The notes under the pieces: model-generated
Databases searched by the model: none
Seen by the model: only the letters and a program-made list of their open reading frames with translations
Told to the model about the DNA's origin: nothing
Part shown: in pieces, positions 38,452-52,403 of the stretch
Layout: every line of letters starts with the position of its first letter
How positions within the stretch are numbered: the first letter of the stretch is position 1
Made by a program: the position numbers and the translations under genes
Source: Spironucleus salmonicida
Taxonomy: Eukaryota
DNA: 64,000 nt
NCBI RefSeq assembly: GCF_000497125.1
Contig: NC_090597.1
Coordinates: 1,437,797 to 1,501,796 of the forward strand
Direction of reading: 5' to 3'

Positions 38452-39435
38452 ATGCAGCCATTTGAGAAGAAGCAATTTACCAAAAAAATTGATGGGAAAG
38501 AAACCTCTCTTTATACCATCAAATCTGAAGCTTTAACTGCCACCATAACAAATTATGGCGGAATAATCGTCCAGCTTTTGTTTAAAGGAAAAGACCTCAT
38601 TTTAGGCTATGATACAATCCAAAAGTACATAGATTCTTCAGAAAAGTACTTTGGTGCTATAGTGGGTCCAGTTTGCAACAGAATATGCCCAGCTGAGACC
38701 AAAATCGACGGGAAAATGGTGGTTTTCAAGAAGGCGGAATATTTACTGCACTCTGATGCACTGCTATCCACTAAGGTCTGGGACACCAAGCTTGTATCTG
38801 AGCACAAAATAATCCTGACTACATCGCTAAACGGTGAGCTCGGCTTCCCTGGAAATGTGAAGTACACCGTTACGTATTCTGTTAAAGACGGTATTTTCAG
38901 AACAGACATTACCGCATTCACGGACAGAAAGACAATTCTAAACTGCACATCCCACCCGTTTTTCAACTTTGGGACGGGTCAGGTACTGTAGCACCAGCTG
39001 AAGATCAATGCATAGCAGTATCTAAGAGTCAGCGAAAATTGCGTTTCGGTCGAGCCAGAGGACGTCAAAAATACGCCTTTTGACTTCAAGAAAATGAAGC
39101 AAATCGGCCAAAATATTCACGAAGAGAACGAGCAGCTGAAACGCGGAATCGGTTATGACCACTGCTTCGTCGTCACGCCAGACTGCGAGCAGGCAGTTTT
39201 GCAGTTTGAGGATGTAAAGATGATCATTAAATCTAACCAGAAGGGGATGTAGCTGTATAGTGGGAACTGGCTCAGCGGGTTTAAAGGCAAATATGGCAGG
39301 GCTTACGACGAAAGAACTGCTGTCTGTCTTGAAACGCAGGGGTGGCCAAATGCTTGCAATGAGGAGAAATTCCCGAGCATCGAGGTTGGTGCAATGCAGG
39401 AATACTAAAATTGGACTGAATATCAGTTTTTATGA
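38452..39435 (+). CDS. galM: Aldose 1-epimerase (galactose mutarotase) (327 aa)
   Basis: TNYGG, LGYD, YFGAIVGPVCNRI, GFPGN, NCTSHPFFN, GYDHCF, QLYSGN, CLETQGWPNA. Start taken at ATG 38452; an alternative lies at 38404. Confidence 0.93.
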
Positions 39436-39555
39436 TCGTTTTAGTATCAATTAAATATAATTGTAGTTTAAGGGTATGATAATATAATTGTTATACGCCC
39501 TATTTATATAATAATAATAATATATAGTTTATGATGATATACTTTTAAGTTCTAA

Positions 39556-42500
39556 ATGAAAAATTTACCCGCACCGATTCCCAATAGAATCACATATAAA
39601 AAGACGACATCTGAGCAAATTATAGACTCTAAGACTCCAATTACAAGGACTAGGTCTCCAATTCGGATGATTAAAACATCATAATCAAGTAGAGAACCTA
39701 ATATTCAAGTAGATGCCGAATTTTTATAGACTGCAGCTTTAGCATAGTAACGAACCTTTTCAAGACGAGCGAATGAACAAGATTGGATAGATTTAGGGAA
39801 TGAACTTAAGTGTTCAGCTGCAGATCATTTGATTTCAAACGAAAAATCTAGAATTAACTAAGATTTAAATAAAGCTATTGTTTTTGGTGGAGCTTTGCAA
39901 GTTGTAAAAACCATTGATGCCAAAAACAACTTTGATCCTTTAGATCTAGAAGAAGATATGATTTAAATGATTTAAGTTTAAGAAAATAATTAGAAAATAA
40001 ATGTGTCATCTATAGATGAATTTGAGATGTACGCATTAAGTTTTGATGCAGTAATTGATTTTATGTAAGCGTAGAATAATTCAGCCCTTGTTTAATCTCT
40101 TATTTCGTTAAAATAATACTTCTTACAAAAAACAGCTTCAAAACCAACTCAATTAAAAGCAATGGAAACAGCAATGATATCATTAGATGCATAAAATATG
40201 TAATAGTAACGAGATTATAATGAATTATAGCATAAATATAATATTTTAAATAATTAACTAATAGTTGAGTAAGAAAAAGGTGTACGCTCCAGTAAATATC
40301 AAGATTAATTACGAGAAGTTATTATATTTTCAGAGAATGAAAAAACTGAACAAGCTAGAGATATTGTTACAAAAACAATAAGAATAGAGGTTATGGAAAA
40401 AGAGATTAAATAAACATCATAATTGTTAAATGATGCTTTAGCAAGATGCAAAAGACTATCTTATGCATCATAAAAACTGAAAACAGTTGCAGAAAAGGCA
40501 TCAGAAAGATATAGTAATGCCGAGAGGTAATTAGTATTCGAGTAAAGAGCAAGGCTTTAAGCTGACTCAAAAAAGGCTGAATTTGAAGTTTAAGCTACTA
40601 GATATCTTAAAGAATATGAAAAAATGGTTAAATGTTTCGAAGACGAACAAAGAAGAAATGAAATTGAAAGAGCTAAATTATATACCAAAATAACAAATTT
40701 GTAAGAAAATTCTGGATTTGGTAGTAATTTAGATTCGTCATAATTTAATAAAATTGTTCAAAAAGCATGTACTACTCTTATTTAGCTTAAAAGCGTGGAT
40801 GAATATTCCTTAGGTAGTATTTTGGGTGTTGATTACGACGGGATCGGTAGTTTTATTTATATTATGAATACAATTCAAAATACGGATTCGACAGAAAAAT
40901 TTATAGAATAAATGAAGAAATAATTATTCTTAGGTATTAATGTAGGATGTCAAGCGAGTTTTAACATTGTATTGGATAATAAAATTTTGGATAGATAATT
41001 AAAAATTCAGTAAAACTTACTTTAACTCTAGAATGGTTAAAAGAAGAATAGTCAATAAGAATCAAATTGTACAGAACCTAGTGTTTAAGTATAATAACAA
41101 GATGTGTTTGATCTTATTAATGATAAGTAAAATATTCTTACTAAAGTTTAGTAAACTAGGTAGAGGAATGAAATTGAAGAAGATTCAGATGATCCTATTT
41201 ATGCTAAAGAAAAATATAAATTCGAGCAAATTGTTAATTAAAATGGAGCAATCGAATATAAAAAGGTTAAAAAATAAGGTTTCTAAGAATCTGAAGTAGA
41301 TAAATAAGTAAAGGCTAGAAAAAAGGAAGCAAGATAGTAATAATTAGAATTCTAAAAATTGATGAAATAATAACTAATTTCTATTTAAGATACTTAATTA
41401 AAAAATAAATAATCAAACTCCTTAGATAATAATTAGTAATCATTATTGGAATTACTTCAGAATAATCTCTAGATTGCTGTTGATTCATCTGAATCAGAAA
41501 TTTCAAATGAAGATATGATTATTTAACCTGAAAAATTTATTGCTATGACTGATGATGAAAAGTAAAATTTTACTAAAGACTATGTAACTTATCAGACTGA
41601 AAGAAAAGTTAGAAAATAAAAATAAAAAGAGTAATAGGCGTAAGAAAACTATCTACGATAGAATCATTTTTAAAATTCAAGTACTACAGAATAGAAACTA
41701 AACAACAGTGATAATATAGAAAATACCGAGTTATATATGTTTGGAGAAGGCTTTTTAGATGATAAATATATGGATAAAGATAATAAATCTGTACTAAATA
41801 ATTAATCTAAAAGTATTAAACAATAATAAATTATTAGTTTAAATCGTATTTATCATTAAAAACCATCTACTTCTAAATTGTAACGCACTAATACAAGTCA
41901 AAATGATCAATAAGGTAGTAATCAACTTTAAATTGATGGACATACTCAAGAAGAAACTTTATAGGATATTTCAGGTTCATTTATGGGATACTAAGATTAC
42001 AATAATATATAATAAAAGTCACAAACTTTAATACCAAGTAAAAATAGTACCGAACATGTAAATACAAATTAAGTAGGTATTTTGGTTTCAAATAAAAGTA
42101 TATAAGCAAGTTTAAATACTGTAGATACACAATTATTTTTGTAAAATCTTAGAAATTCTTAAGCATTATAACCTACTAAATAATAACAAGAGAAAGAAGA
42201 AGTATTGAATCAGATTCAAATGTATATTAAATAAAACCCATAGTTATCACAAAAGGAATTAGAATCTATAACGCATATATCTAACTCATATATTGTATAT
42301 AAATCTTAATAAAAATTAAAAGGTTTCACTCCTTCAGAAACTTTAAAGTCTCTGTAATAAGCTGCAGTAAACTCTGCTTTCTTGAATGTAAATGATACAT
42401 TTATTAAGTAATAGCTTATAGAATAAAAGAATTTTTAAATAATTCATGATTTAATTCAATAAAGTGCATTAAAGTAAGGATATTAAATTAGTTAAGATAC

Positions 42501-45273
42501 TTTTTACAAAACAAAATACGATGAACCTATGCACATTAATAATGAATCAAATAACAGTTTATCAATTACTAACAACTAATCATCTATGTAATCTTTTAAT
42601 TAGAGCCGAAATTCTATAGTCACTGATATAAATTAATAACATAAGTCAGGGATCATGAAAAATTTTCCAACTAACACAAGCATGATATCCTAAGTGAACA
42701 ATCACTCATCGCAATATTTGACCAACGAGAAATTACCACCTTACTAATAAGTAGAAAATAATTAAGCTGTATTACATTAAAATTTAGAACCACTAAATAA
42801 TTTATATGAATCTACAGATAGAATTGCAGTTTATGATAAAGCAAATTTGTAAATAGGTGTGGTAAATATTAGAAATCTTGAGTTTGTACCTAGTACTTTA
42901 TTGCAATCTTCTTTAATGGATTAAGGTTTTAGTCTAGATGAGTAGTCTTAGTAAATATAGTAATAGATTAACTTAGATTCCCCGCTAAAAATTATTCAGA
43001 TAGAAGATACTGATTTAGATGTTGAAGATCTAGAATTAAAAATCAATATTTAATAAAAGAAAAATTTAACATTAGAATAAGAATACACAAAAGAAGATGT
43101 TAAAAAGATAAAAAACGATGTAACATAAACAAATATTACATAATTTGTTGATAAATTAAAAAGTTCTATGTTCAAAGATAGCTAAGCAGATGGAGTATTA
43201 TCATCATTAACAAAAGCAAGATTAGAAATCAGCAAATAAGAATATTATGGCGAATCTAAGAAATCTATAGTTGCTATGTATGAAACAAAATTTAAGCTTA
43301 AACCAGTGTCTATTAATGAAATATAAGAACTTGAGGATATATTAGAAGATACTAAAGCAAAAGAAAAGGATAAACTCATATAATAAGTGGTCCATAGCTA
43401 AGAAGATGTCTCCAATAGTCTTAATAGTATGTTAAATACTTAAAATAGATATAAACATCTTATAGATGAACAGAAATTTACAATAGATGAATAATAAAAG
43501 TATGAGGATTTTGTAACATATTTAAATCAAAAAAATTACAATGATTATTATTAAATTTAATCATCAACACATTTATCTCATCCAATAGTAGGAACATGTA
43601 CAAGCGAAGCTACATCATCCATTAATATTTACGGGTTAAATAAGTTTACTATTATTGATATTGAAGATATGATAGCTTAAAAATATGGATTGGTGCAAAA
43701 TTAAAATTAAATTGAGTTTTATCCATCTATAATCGCTAGAGGGCATAATATAGCTAATTGGTATAAAGGATAATAACTTGATAAAGACAAAAATGATATG
43801 AACAATATCACATACCGAGTTTTATAAAACGAACTTGATAACATTAAGTAAACATCTGAAATTACTTACTAAGTTTGTAAAAAATCTTTGCAACCATAAA
43901 TAGGAGAGAATATTGATTTTATTAAAGTTAGTTCTATATCTGTTACAAGTGAAAAGTTACCAGAAATTTTTACACAGCTTGAGTAGTAATAATAAATTTA
44001 TTTCTAAAAATAATTAATTAAATAAGAACCGTATTTGAAAGTTCCTATTTTTAATAATTCATTAAAATCTTTAAATTGGACAATAAAAACAATTAGGATG
44101 ATTATTTATGAACGATAATTTTCAACATATTCATATTTAATACTCAAAAAAGCACATGAAGAAGCTATGATAACTGATATTAGTCTTACTTGTAATCCAG
44201 ATTAATTTGAAATTATACCAGGTTAATTATAGCTTTAGTAAGCAATGTCAATTTCATCATTTACACTTTTATTCGCATAACAGCGTTATGGACTCAAAAA
44301 TTTAGTAAATTAACTACTAATTCAGCTCATAACTTCGATTATTTATTATCAATACGTTTCATCAGAAGTATTTATCTTTACACGATTTTTCTTTGATGAT
44401 TTACCGGCTGACTTTCTATTATTATATTTAGATATACGAAAAGCACTAAAAATAGATTAATTTAATAGTAATAAGCTTTAAAATAATATATCAGATATTA
44501 CGTTCGATAATGAGTTCATTCTACCATTAATATAAGCAATTTTTCCAACTTGGGATTCAAAGCGTAAATTTGTGCTAGTCTAATAACTCCTTTAAGATGA
44601 ATCATCAACATAAATTAGCACAATAAAAAGCCCAATTTTTAATTCTTAAAAGCCAGTAAAATAGCAAATAGATCGTAAACTTTCTTTATCAAAAGTTACA
44701 GCAATTATACTTTCTCAATTTTCAATTACGAGACGTACAACTTTCTAAAATTCAGCATTTCTAATTAATCATTTTGCTTAAAATAACTCCATCAAAACTG
44801 CTCATTTCTGTTAATTTCTTAATTCTGTTTCTGTCAATTTAGAACCCAAGGAACTTTGTCAAAAGGATTTCAACTTTGATGAGTTTAAGCAGATTTTTGT
44901 ATTTTATGAATTTGCACGTTTTGCACACTTTACTTAACAGTTACTTCGTGGAGCAGTTAGTGAAAAAGCTGTATCAAATTCGAACATGCTTGAAAAGTTG
45001 ACCAAAAATGCAAATATTTGCTTTAGTGTTATGACAAAATATGCAGAAAAAACGAAAACTGAGGAAATAGAAAATCGATTTTAAATCATAAACAAATGGT
45101 TTTAGCTAGTGTATAGTGATTTATAAATGCTTGATTTTACTAGGGGAATTGGAAACTTGGTTAAAATAGCTATTGAGATGCTGAAATGTGTTGAATCTGG
45201 AGATGAAATTGAAAGCCAGGCGAATTTAGTTTAAGTTATTCTGGAAGTAGTAAAAGAGAAAATTGGCTACTGA
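39556..45273 (+). CDS. Very large coiled-coil / Gln-rich protein with helical C-terminal domain (~1905 aa)
   Basis: ATG 39556 and TGA 45271-45273 in frame 1; internal spot checks open. Confidence 0.75.
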
Positions 45274-46616
45274 AGAAGTGCATTGCTTTAAAGTGATTTT
45301 AGCAATATTAACGAATATAAGAATTCTACTAAAGTTTAAATCAAAATTCAATGAATAAATATAACTCTAAGTATTTTAGGATAATATATATAAAATGATA
45401 ATTACGTGTATAGTAATTAAATTTCGTTAGGAATAATTATATCGCAAAATGATTGCGGAATCTTTGTTCGATACACGGATTTGCAAATTTTATTTACATT
45501 GATTAAATGTAAGATGAATTAAATTATATAAATCAAATTGATTTATTAATATAAATTAATTTTATTTGAGCAGGTTTTTATTAAAAGAATCTGATAAATA
45601 AATTTTAAACTGTTTTGGCTACAATATTTATTTATTTTTGTATAAATAAGTTTAATTAATTAAATATATAATGAAATTTGTATTGTATAAAAAATTAAGT
45701 GATTTATTATACTAGACTAAAATATAGGGTTTAGTGTTAGTTCACAAGAACAAATATTATTTACAATATATTATGGATAGATATAATAAATCACTAAATC
45801 TCCGGCAACTTATAGTAACCATGTTTTCCTCTAGATCTTAAAGATTAGCTGCGACAAATTTAAGACTTATGTTCAACGTGTGGTATAAAATGAGATTCCG
45901 GTTGTATTATTTCAGTAAGTTAGAATTTTTAAAAATTAATTGTTTAGTCTTATATTTTTGGTTTATAAACCTTTGATTAAAATAAACTCGTATAAATAGG
46001 CTATTTTAATGGAAGATTAGAATTTAATAATTTGTTTGTGTGTTTCGTAGATAAAGATATAGACTAATTATAATAATTAATCGGCTTAAGTTTATTATCT
46101 TGCCTTATGTCTTAAAATACTTTCTATGTATGTGATAAATATGTAGAATCATTAAATTTCGGAGATTTGTTTTAAAACTTTTAATAATTGGATAAGAACG
46201 AAGTTAAGGAGTTATTCATTTTTATGCAGAAATAAAAGGCTATTTTATATAAATAGTATAATAATATAAATATATTTATGCATACTAAGAATACTAATTT
46301 CTAGTTGTTACGCATTATCTAATATTTTATATTATAATAATTCCTTACTTTTAACTAGCATATTAAAATAAATATATGATGCTTAAGGATAATATTAATG
46401 ATTAATTCTGCTTAGAAAATAAAATATTTTACAAAACAATAAAAATTCCTAAATATTGTAAAAATCATATATTTAGCTATTAATATTGAGTAATAATTAA
46501 AACTATCTCTAAAATTAATACATTAAAAATTTAGCTCACTAGTAATTTGAAATGGCGCACAAGATTTATGATTAAAATCACATACTCTAATGAATGGCTA
46601 TTAAAATATGAATAGA

Positions 46617-49481
46617 TCATTTACAATTAATTTCAATACACTAGTAAATTCCAGTTACAAGATCATCGCAAATGCCTTCTTTATGAATTTCTTTGCTTAG
46701 ATTACCAAGCCCATACCGACGCAACTTGCGTTCATGGTTAATCAATTTACATGCTACTTCATCATTTTTAATTCTTACTTTATTTGAAAAATCAGGTGGG
46801 CGTGTTAAAATAAGCAATTTTCTACAATCATCTTAAGTTTTAGCACAAATGGTGAGTACTCTTCTCTAACTTTAAATCATACCAGTTAGAGTGATAGGGT
46901 ATTGAGTCGGTAATGATTCTTAAGGCAGCACTGAAAGCTAAAAATCGCTAGAAATTATTATTTCCCCTTTTTATTATTTCTTCTCATACCAAACACAGGA
47001 AACTGAAGATTGTGATATATTAACTTTAAATTAACGTTCCTACCACTTTCCACCAGTTGGACCTGACAATTTAAGAATAGTAAAAATTTATTATGGATCT
47101 TCTGTTATAGGTTCCGTAAATTTCAGTAAGGAATCTACTAAATCTGTTGTATCTTCTAAAACAGCATTTTCATATTTAATAGATGTAATATCTTCTAAAG
47201 ATGATTAATTCGTGGGAGATTCTGCTCTGGATTCATCTGCTGATTGAGATAACTCCTTAGTGAATGATGAACGTCCTAAACTAAAACTTTATGGTGTTTG
47301 TTACTTGTTGACCATACTTTTAGCTATTTAAGGTGCATAATATTATCCTTAAGTATACGAATTGAAATGAGAACCTTAAGGTATAATATCCTCAGATAAC
47401 CTACTTTCTAAAAAGCAATCAAAGATTAAACTTTTAGAAAATTCTTTGATAAATTAATATGATTCTTAGTCTTATTCTCCTACAAATGAATAATAATCAA
47501 AAATTTATTCGTATTTAGTATAAAATTAAACGGGTGGTAGTTCAGTTAATATGTCATTGAAGAATTCATGTACCACTTCTGGATTAAAATAGTCATTCTT
47601 TGGGTCTATTTCAGTTTAGTTTAATTTAATAAACACTTCATTTATCTATACACGTTCAGTAGGTTTTTATCTATTATAATTCTTTAAATATCTTCTGTAA
47701 TTTTATACTAATAATAATAGACTTGTACATGTGCCTATTTTTATCTTATTTATAGCAATATGAGGACGCCCATTATTAGATTTTGTTTCAGGTAACTAAA
47801 TATTTTTGTTTAATTGAATCAATATATTACAACCCGATTGGTGCTATAACATGTCATGTTCGATCTCTTATTTACTACTATATTAAATATTATATTATGG
47901 CAAATTTTTAATTGTATGATCAATTTAATCATGCGTTTAATTTCTCATTTCTTGTCCAAATATTACTTTTTCACGCATAAATATTTACTACTCCATAAGC
48001 ATTGCATATGGATGAGGTATTATTGTATCATATGTATTTTATTATTACTACTATTAATTAATAATATTCTACTCTATGGATTGTTTAAACATTTGTCTAA
48101 TTTTATTAGGTAGGCGAGCCCTAGTTTAAAATGGTCGTGATTTATTTGTCTTATTAAGCTGATTTTCAGCAGAATAAGTTCGTTCCCGAGGAGACTAAAC
48201 TGCTTTAAATGATGACGAAAGATGTAATGTATAAAATTATTACAAATCAAAACTTCTCTAATTAAGCTTAATTAAGAATGCAATATAATTCTAATCAAAA
48301 TACCTAGGAATAAGTCTTTAAACATGCGGTATAGGTTTAAACTAAATAATATCATTTTTTGTCTACACGCGTACAATTTATTATTGTTAGTCTTTAGACT
48401 TAATCTTTTTCTTAAATTTATCAAAGAAACTAACTTAAATATCTTTTTTCAGCTAAAACTAGACATTTCGAGGTTTTATTTATAAATCTGACTAATCATA
48501 ATTAAAACTATTTTATAATTACGTTCCTACCATATCTTTATCCATTTAATATATAAACTCACATTATAAACTATCTAATGTTTATCTTGGTATAGCAGTT
48601 CTTATATTAGTAATACCTATTTGCCAAAAGGTTGAAAACTCATGTACATGTTGATCATCACAATTATAAATTAATATATCTTGAGGAATTAATGCATCTT
48701 ATAAGTGTTTTAACTAGATTCCAGCAAAAACTGGCACTGGTTAATGAAGAATCGGCATAAATTATGGGGGTAATAAGGAAAATAATAGAAAAGGCCATGA
48801 AAAAGGATAAAGTATCATCAGGAAGTCATATATTACAAGAGTTATTATTTTAATCGTACTTCCTGTTATAATAACTTTTCTTTCTTACAATAAAGCCTCT
48901 ATAACATCAACAATACTATCCGCATTACATTTTTTGAAAAGTTATCCTCTTGTTTAAAAAGGAGTTTATCCTTTTTGATAAATAGAATCAATTATAAGAA
49001 CGCCTTCATCGTTACTGTCTTCTTCATAATTATACTAAATAGAAAGTGGAAGAGATGTACTGGCAGATCCTATACGAGTCCACATTTGCTCTAGATTTAT
49101 CTTAAGATCACTTAATGATCTAACTCTTCTAGCAAAGAATAATAACATTTTTTCGAAATGTATTTATAATGGTTCACTAAGCAATATAAACATTGAACAG
49201 TCAGAAAAATGCTAAACATCATTAACGTCAAATGAAACTCCAAATACTGCAGAGACACCAAATATAAGTTTTCCAGTATCGTCTATCAAATTAAAAAAAT
49301 GAGTAGAGATGTCAGGTTACATCTCATGAATTTATAGTGTGTTAGGAAAGAGATAAAATGAAGTCTGATATGGAAATGGACGAGAATGAGAAATTTTTTG
49401 GGGAAAATGATTAATTACTGGTTTTAATTGCACTGATGGTTCTGCAGATCCAGTAAATAAGATAATAGGCAGTTGATTCAT
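46617..49481 (-). CDS. DENN-domain protein (Rab GEF family) with C-terminal PH-like domain (954 aa)
   Basis: uDENN-like HFFNLIDDTGKLIFG; DENN core ALLQERKVII, LYPFSWPFLLFPLLP, PVPVFAGI; PH-like LKLSGPTGGKWQERQF..WYEKKQQKGEI..LTICAKTQDDC. Confidence 0.85.
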
Positions 49482-50522
49482 TACTTAGAAGTGATAGAAA
49501 TTAATAAGTAATATATAGAATATATTGTTATATAGCTTAATTGAGAAAGTATAATAGCTATTTATTATAGCGTTGCTTATATGATTCAATGGCTATTTAA
49601 AGTCACTCAGATTAAATTTATCCCCTAAGCTGAATATCTTAATCACTATCTGGAGTTACAATTTAATTCATCATTTGTTTGTAAATAAGGATATCATTTG
49701 ACTATCTTGGACTATATAATTCTTTTTACTGCAGTGAGCTTAATATAGATCTTGGAGAGATGATAGAACTACTTGTGTTCTTTAATAGGGGGAGTTTGAT
49801 CATAACTTAGAATAATAAATTACTTAGATTATTATATAATAATGATAATTTAACCTTAGATAAACTGGACGATTTATTCTATTCACAATACTTAACTAAA
49901 ATAAATATTATCTGATAAATTTCGTGTAGTAATACTAATATTATTAAATATAATTAATAATTTTACTTTATTAAAAATTAATAGTTATTATATTATAATT
50001 AATACTAACTATTATATAATTTAAAATGAGATTCTTTGTTCTAGGGTTTTAAGATTTTGCGATATCATAATAATATTCTAATATTATATACAATATTTTT
50101 TGCCGTAGAGAATTAATTATTATTCCTTATTATATATATCAGTGATAAATAGTAACTATATGTGTTATATAACTCCCATCATATATGATTATAAATGTGT
50201 TTATTTTTAATTATATAACGAATTTAAATTTCTAATTGGTTTTACATTACTAACATATAAAATATAATTAGATGTCTTAATGGTTGCATTAGCCTTATAA
50301 AAATATAATTATTGCTTTCTAAATTTAATTCTAACGTAAGACATTAATATGAATTTGTGTATATATTAAAACTGAAATTACAAAAATAAAGTATTATTTA
50401 TTATTCATTATTAAATATAATTAGATCATCATATTTTATTTCTATCGTTTGTAGATTTATTCCGGAGAAGTAAATCTTATTATTAATAAATGTCAATTTT
50501 GTCAGTTTTATATTTTTAATCT

Positions 50523-52403
50523 ATGCTATTTTATACCTCATTAACTATAATCACTTCCAAATTTATTTGTCTATTCTATTATTAGTTTCTCCGCTTCTTT
50601 TATATGAGGTGCCATGAAAGTAAGCCATATTGTGAAACATGTAGCGATTCATCCACTGAAGCTATATGTCTAACATGTCAGCCACATTATGCGATAGGAA
50701 CTGGTTAGTGCGATATAGACTGTTATTAAATTATAAATTCAGATGGTTTATGTCGTCATACTAGTGATTGTACAGATCAGCTTAATTGTGTTGACTGTGC
50801 TGGAAATGTTAATATCTGCAGAAAATGCAAAGCAATATCGCTTTATCCACATGATGGGAAGTGTATTTCTGTGAGTACTTGCAAAAAAGTCAACAAAAAT
50901 TGTAGTCAATGTGACAGATTGAATCCTAACTTATGTACTAAATGTATTAATCCTTATTCTTTGCTAAATGGAAATTGTATACTTGTACATGACTGTCGTC
51001 GTGGAGAGAGTGCTATTTTAGGCTGTAGTGAATGCGTGCAAGGAGGTAGTTAGTGTGCAGGGTGTGAAAGCGAATACTTGTTAGTCGAGTAATAGTGTAT
51101 TAATTGTAGAAGTGGAAACACTTTGTAAGAAGGTTGTTTAAAATGCAGTTCTAATGATGTTATAAAATGTGCCCAGTGCAAAATAGGTTTTAGTTTGATA
51201 AATGGTAACTGTATTAATTGTAAAGTTGGGAGTGGGGCAATAAAGAATTGTATAGAATGTGATACCAAAAATCCATTGAAATGTGCAGATTGTACTGCTT
51301 GGTTTTAAGTAGTAAATGGAGGCTGTAGTAACTGCATGATAGGAGAGACAATAATAGAAAATTGTATTTAGTGTGACAAAAATAGCGCAATAAGATGTTC
51401 TAGTTGTAGACAGCACTATACATTACTTGCAGGTGTTTGCATCGAAAATAGCATTTGCTAAAATACTCATCCAGATTGCAAGGAATGTGACGAAATAAAC
51501 CCTTCTAAATGTAAAACTTGCTATGCAACCCATATATTAATTGGTACTAAGTGTATTAATATTTAAGCGTGCAAAATTGGACCAGATGCAGTTCCAAATT
51601 GTTTGGCATGTGACTTTAGGAAGCCGCCGTATGAGCCTAGGCGTTGTGGTCATTGTATTGAAGGGTACATATTAGTTGATGAAACATGTGTTGAAGAAAA
51701 TTAGTGTTTGATAAATGACGTAAATTGTTTGAAATGTAATAGTAATAATCCTACAATCTGTGGAAAATGTATAAATGAGTAAGCTCCTATTGTAGGGTAA
51801 GCATGCTAAGAACCCATCTTAAAATGCATAGTTGAAAATTGTAAAAGTTGTAAGTTAAACTCTGATACTATTTGTGAAATATGTGATGATACCTTCTAGC
51901 TTGTAGGGGATGTTTGTGTTTCTGTATTTTAATGTCTTTAGACTATAACGAATTGTAAAGAATGTGACCCTCAAAATCTTTCATTATGTGGACAATGTGC
52001 TAATGACTATATAAAAATTTCGAATCTCTGTGTCAAAACATCTGAAATTTGCGCCAGTTTGGTTTCACTTAAATAAACTTGTCTTATTACAGATGATAAA
52101 TTGACGGATGATCCATAAACCTATGAATTTTGTTCACCAAACTGTGCTAAATGTATTAATATTAATAATTGTATGTAATGCAATCCTAGTTTTTTACTTT
52201 CTAGTGGAAAGTGTGTCGATAACAATAGGAGTAGTGGGATGATAATTGGAATTGTTTCTGTAGTAGGTTTAGTTTTAATTCTTAGCTTTTTAATAGCATT
52301 CTTTGTTTGCAAGAGAGTACTATTAGTGAAAGTATAATAGAATGTTGAAACGATTAAAGTTGAAAATATAGATAGTAATGCCATATAAATTGGAATATAG
52401 TGA
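50523..52403 (+). CDS. Cysteine-rich membrane protein (CRMP/VSP-like surface protein, ~626 aa; alternative start 50490)
   Basis: Hydrophobic N-terminus, many CxxC furin-like repeats (NCIECD..KCADC..GFQVVNGGC), C-terminal TM GMIIGIVSVVGLVLILSFLIAFFVC and ~30-aa tail. Confidence 0.9.

Noticed and set aside
45453..45488. Imperfect hairpin containing GTTCGAT (tRNA T-loop-like)
   Set aside because: No T-stem pairing and no cloverleaf could be built.
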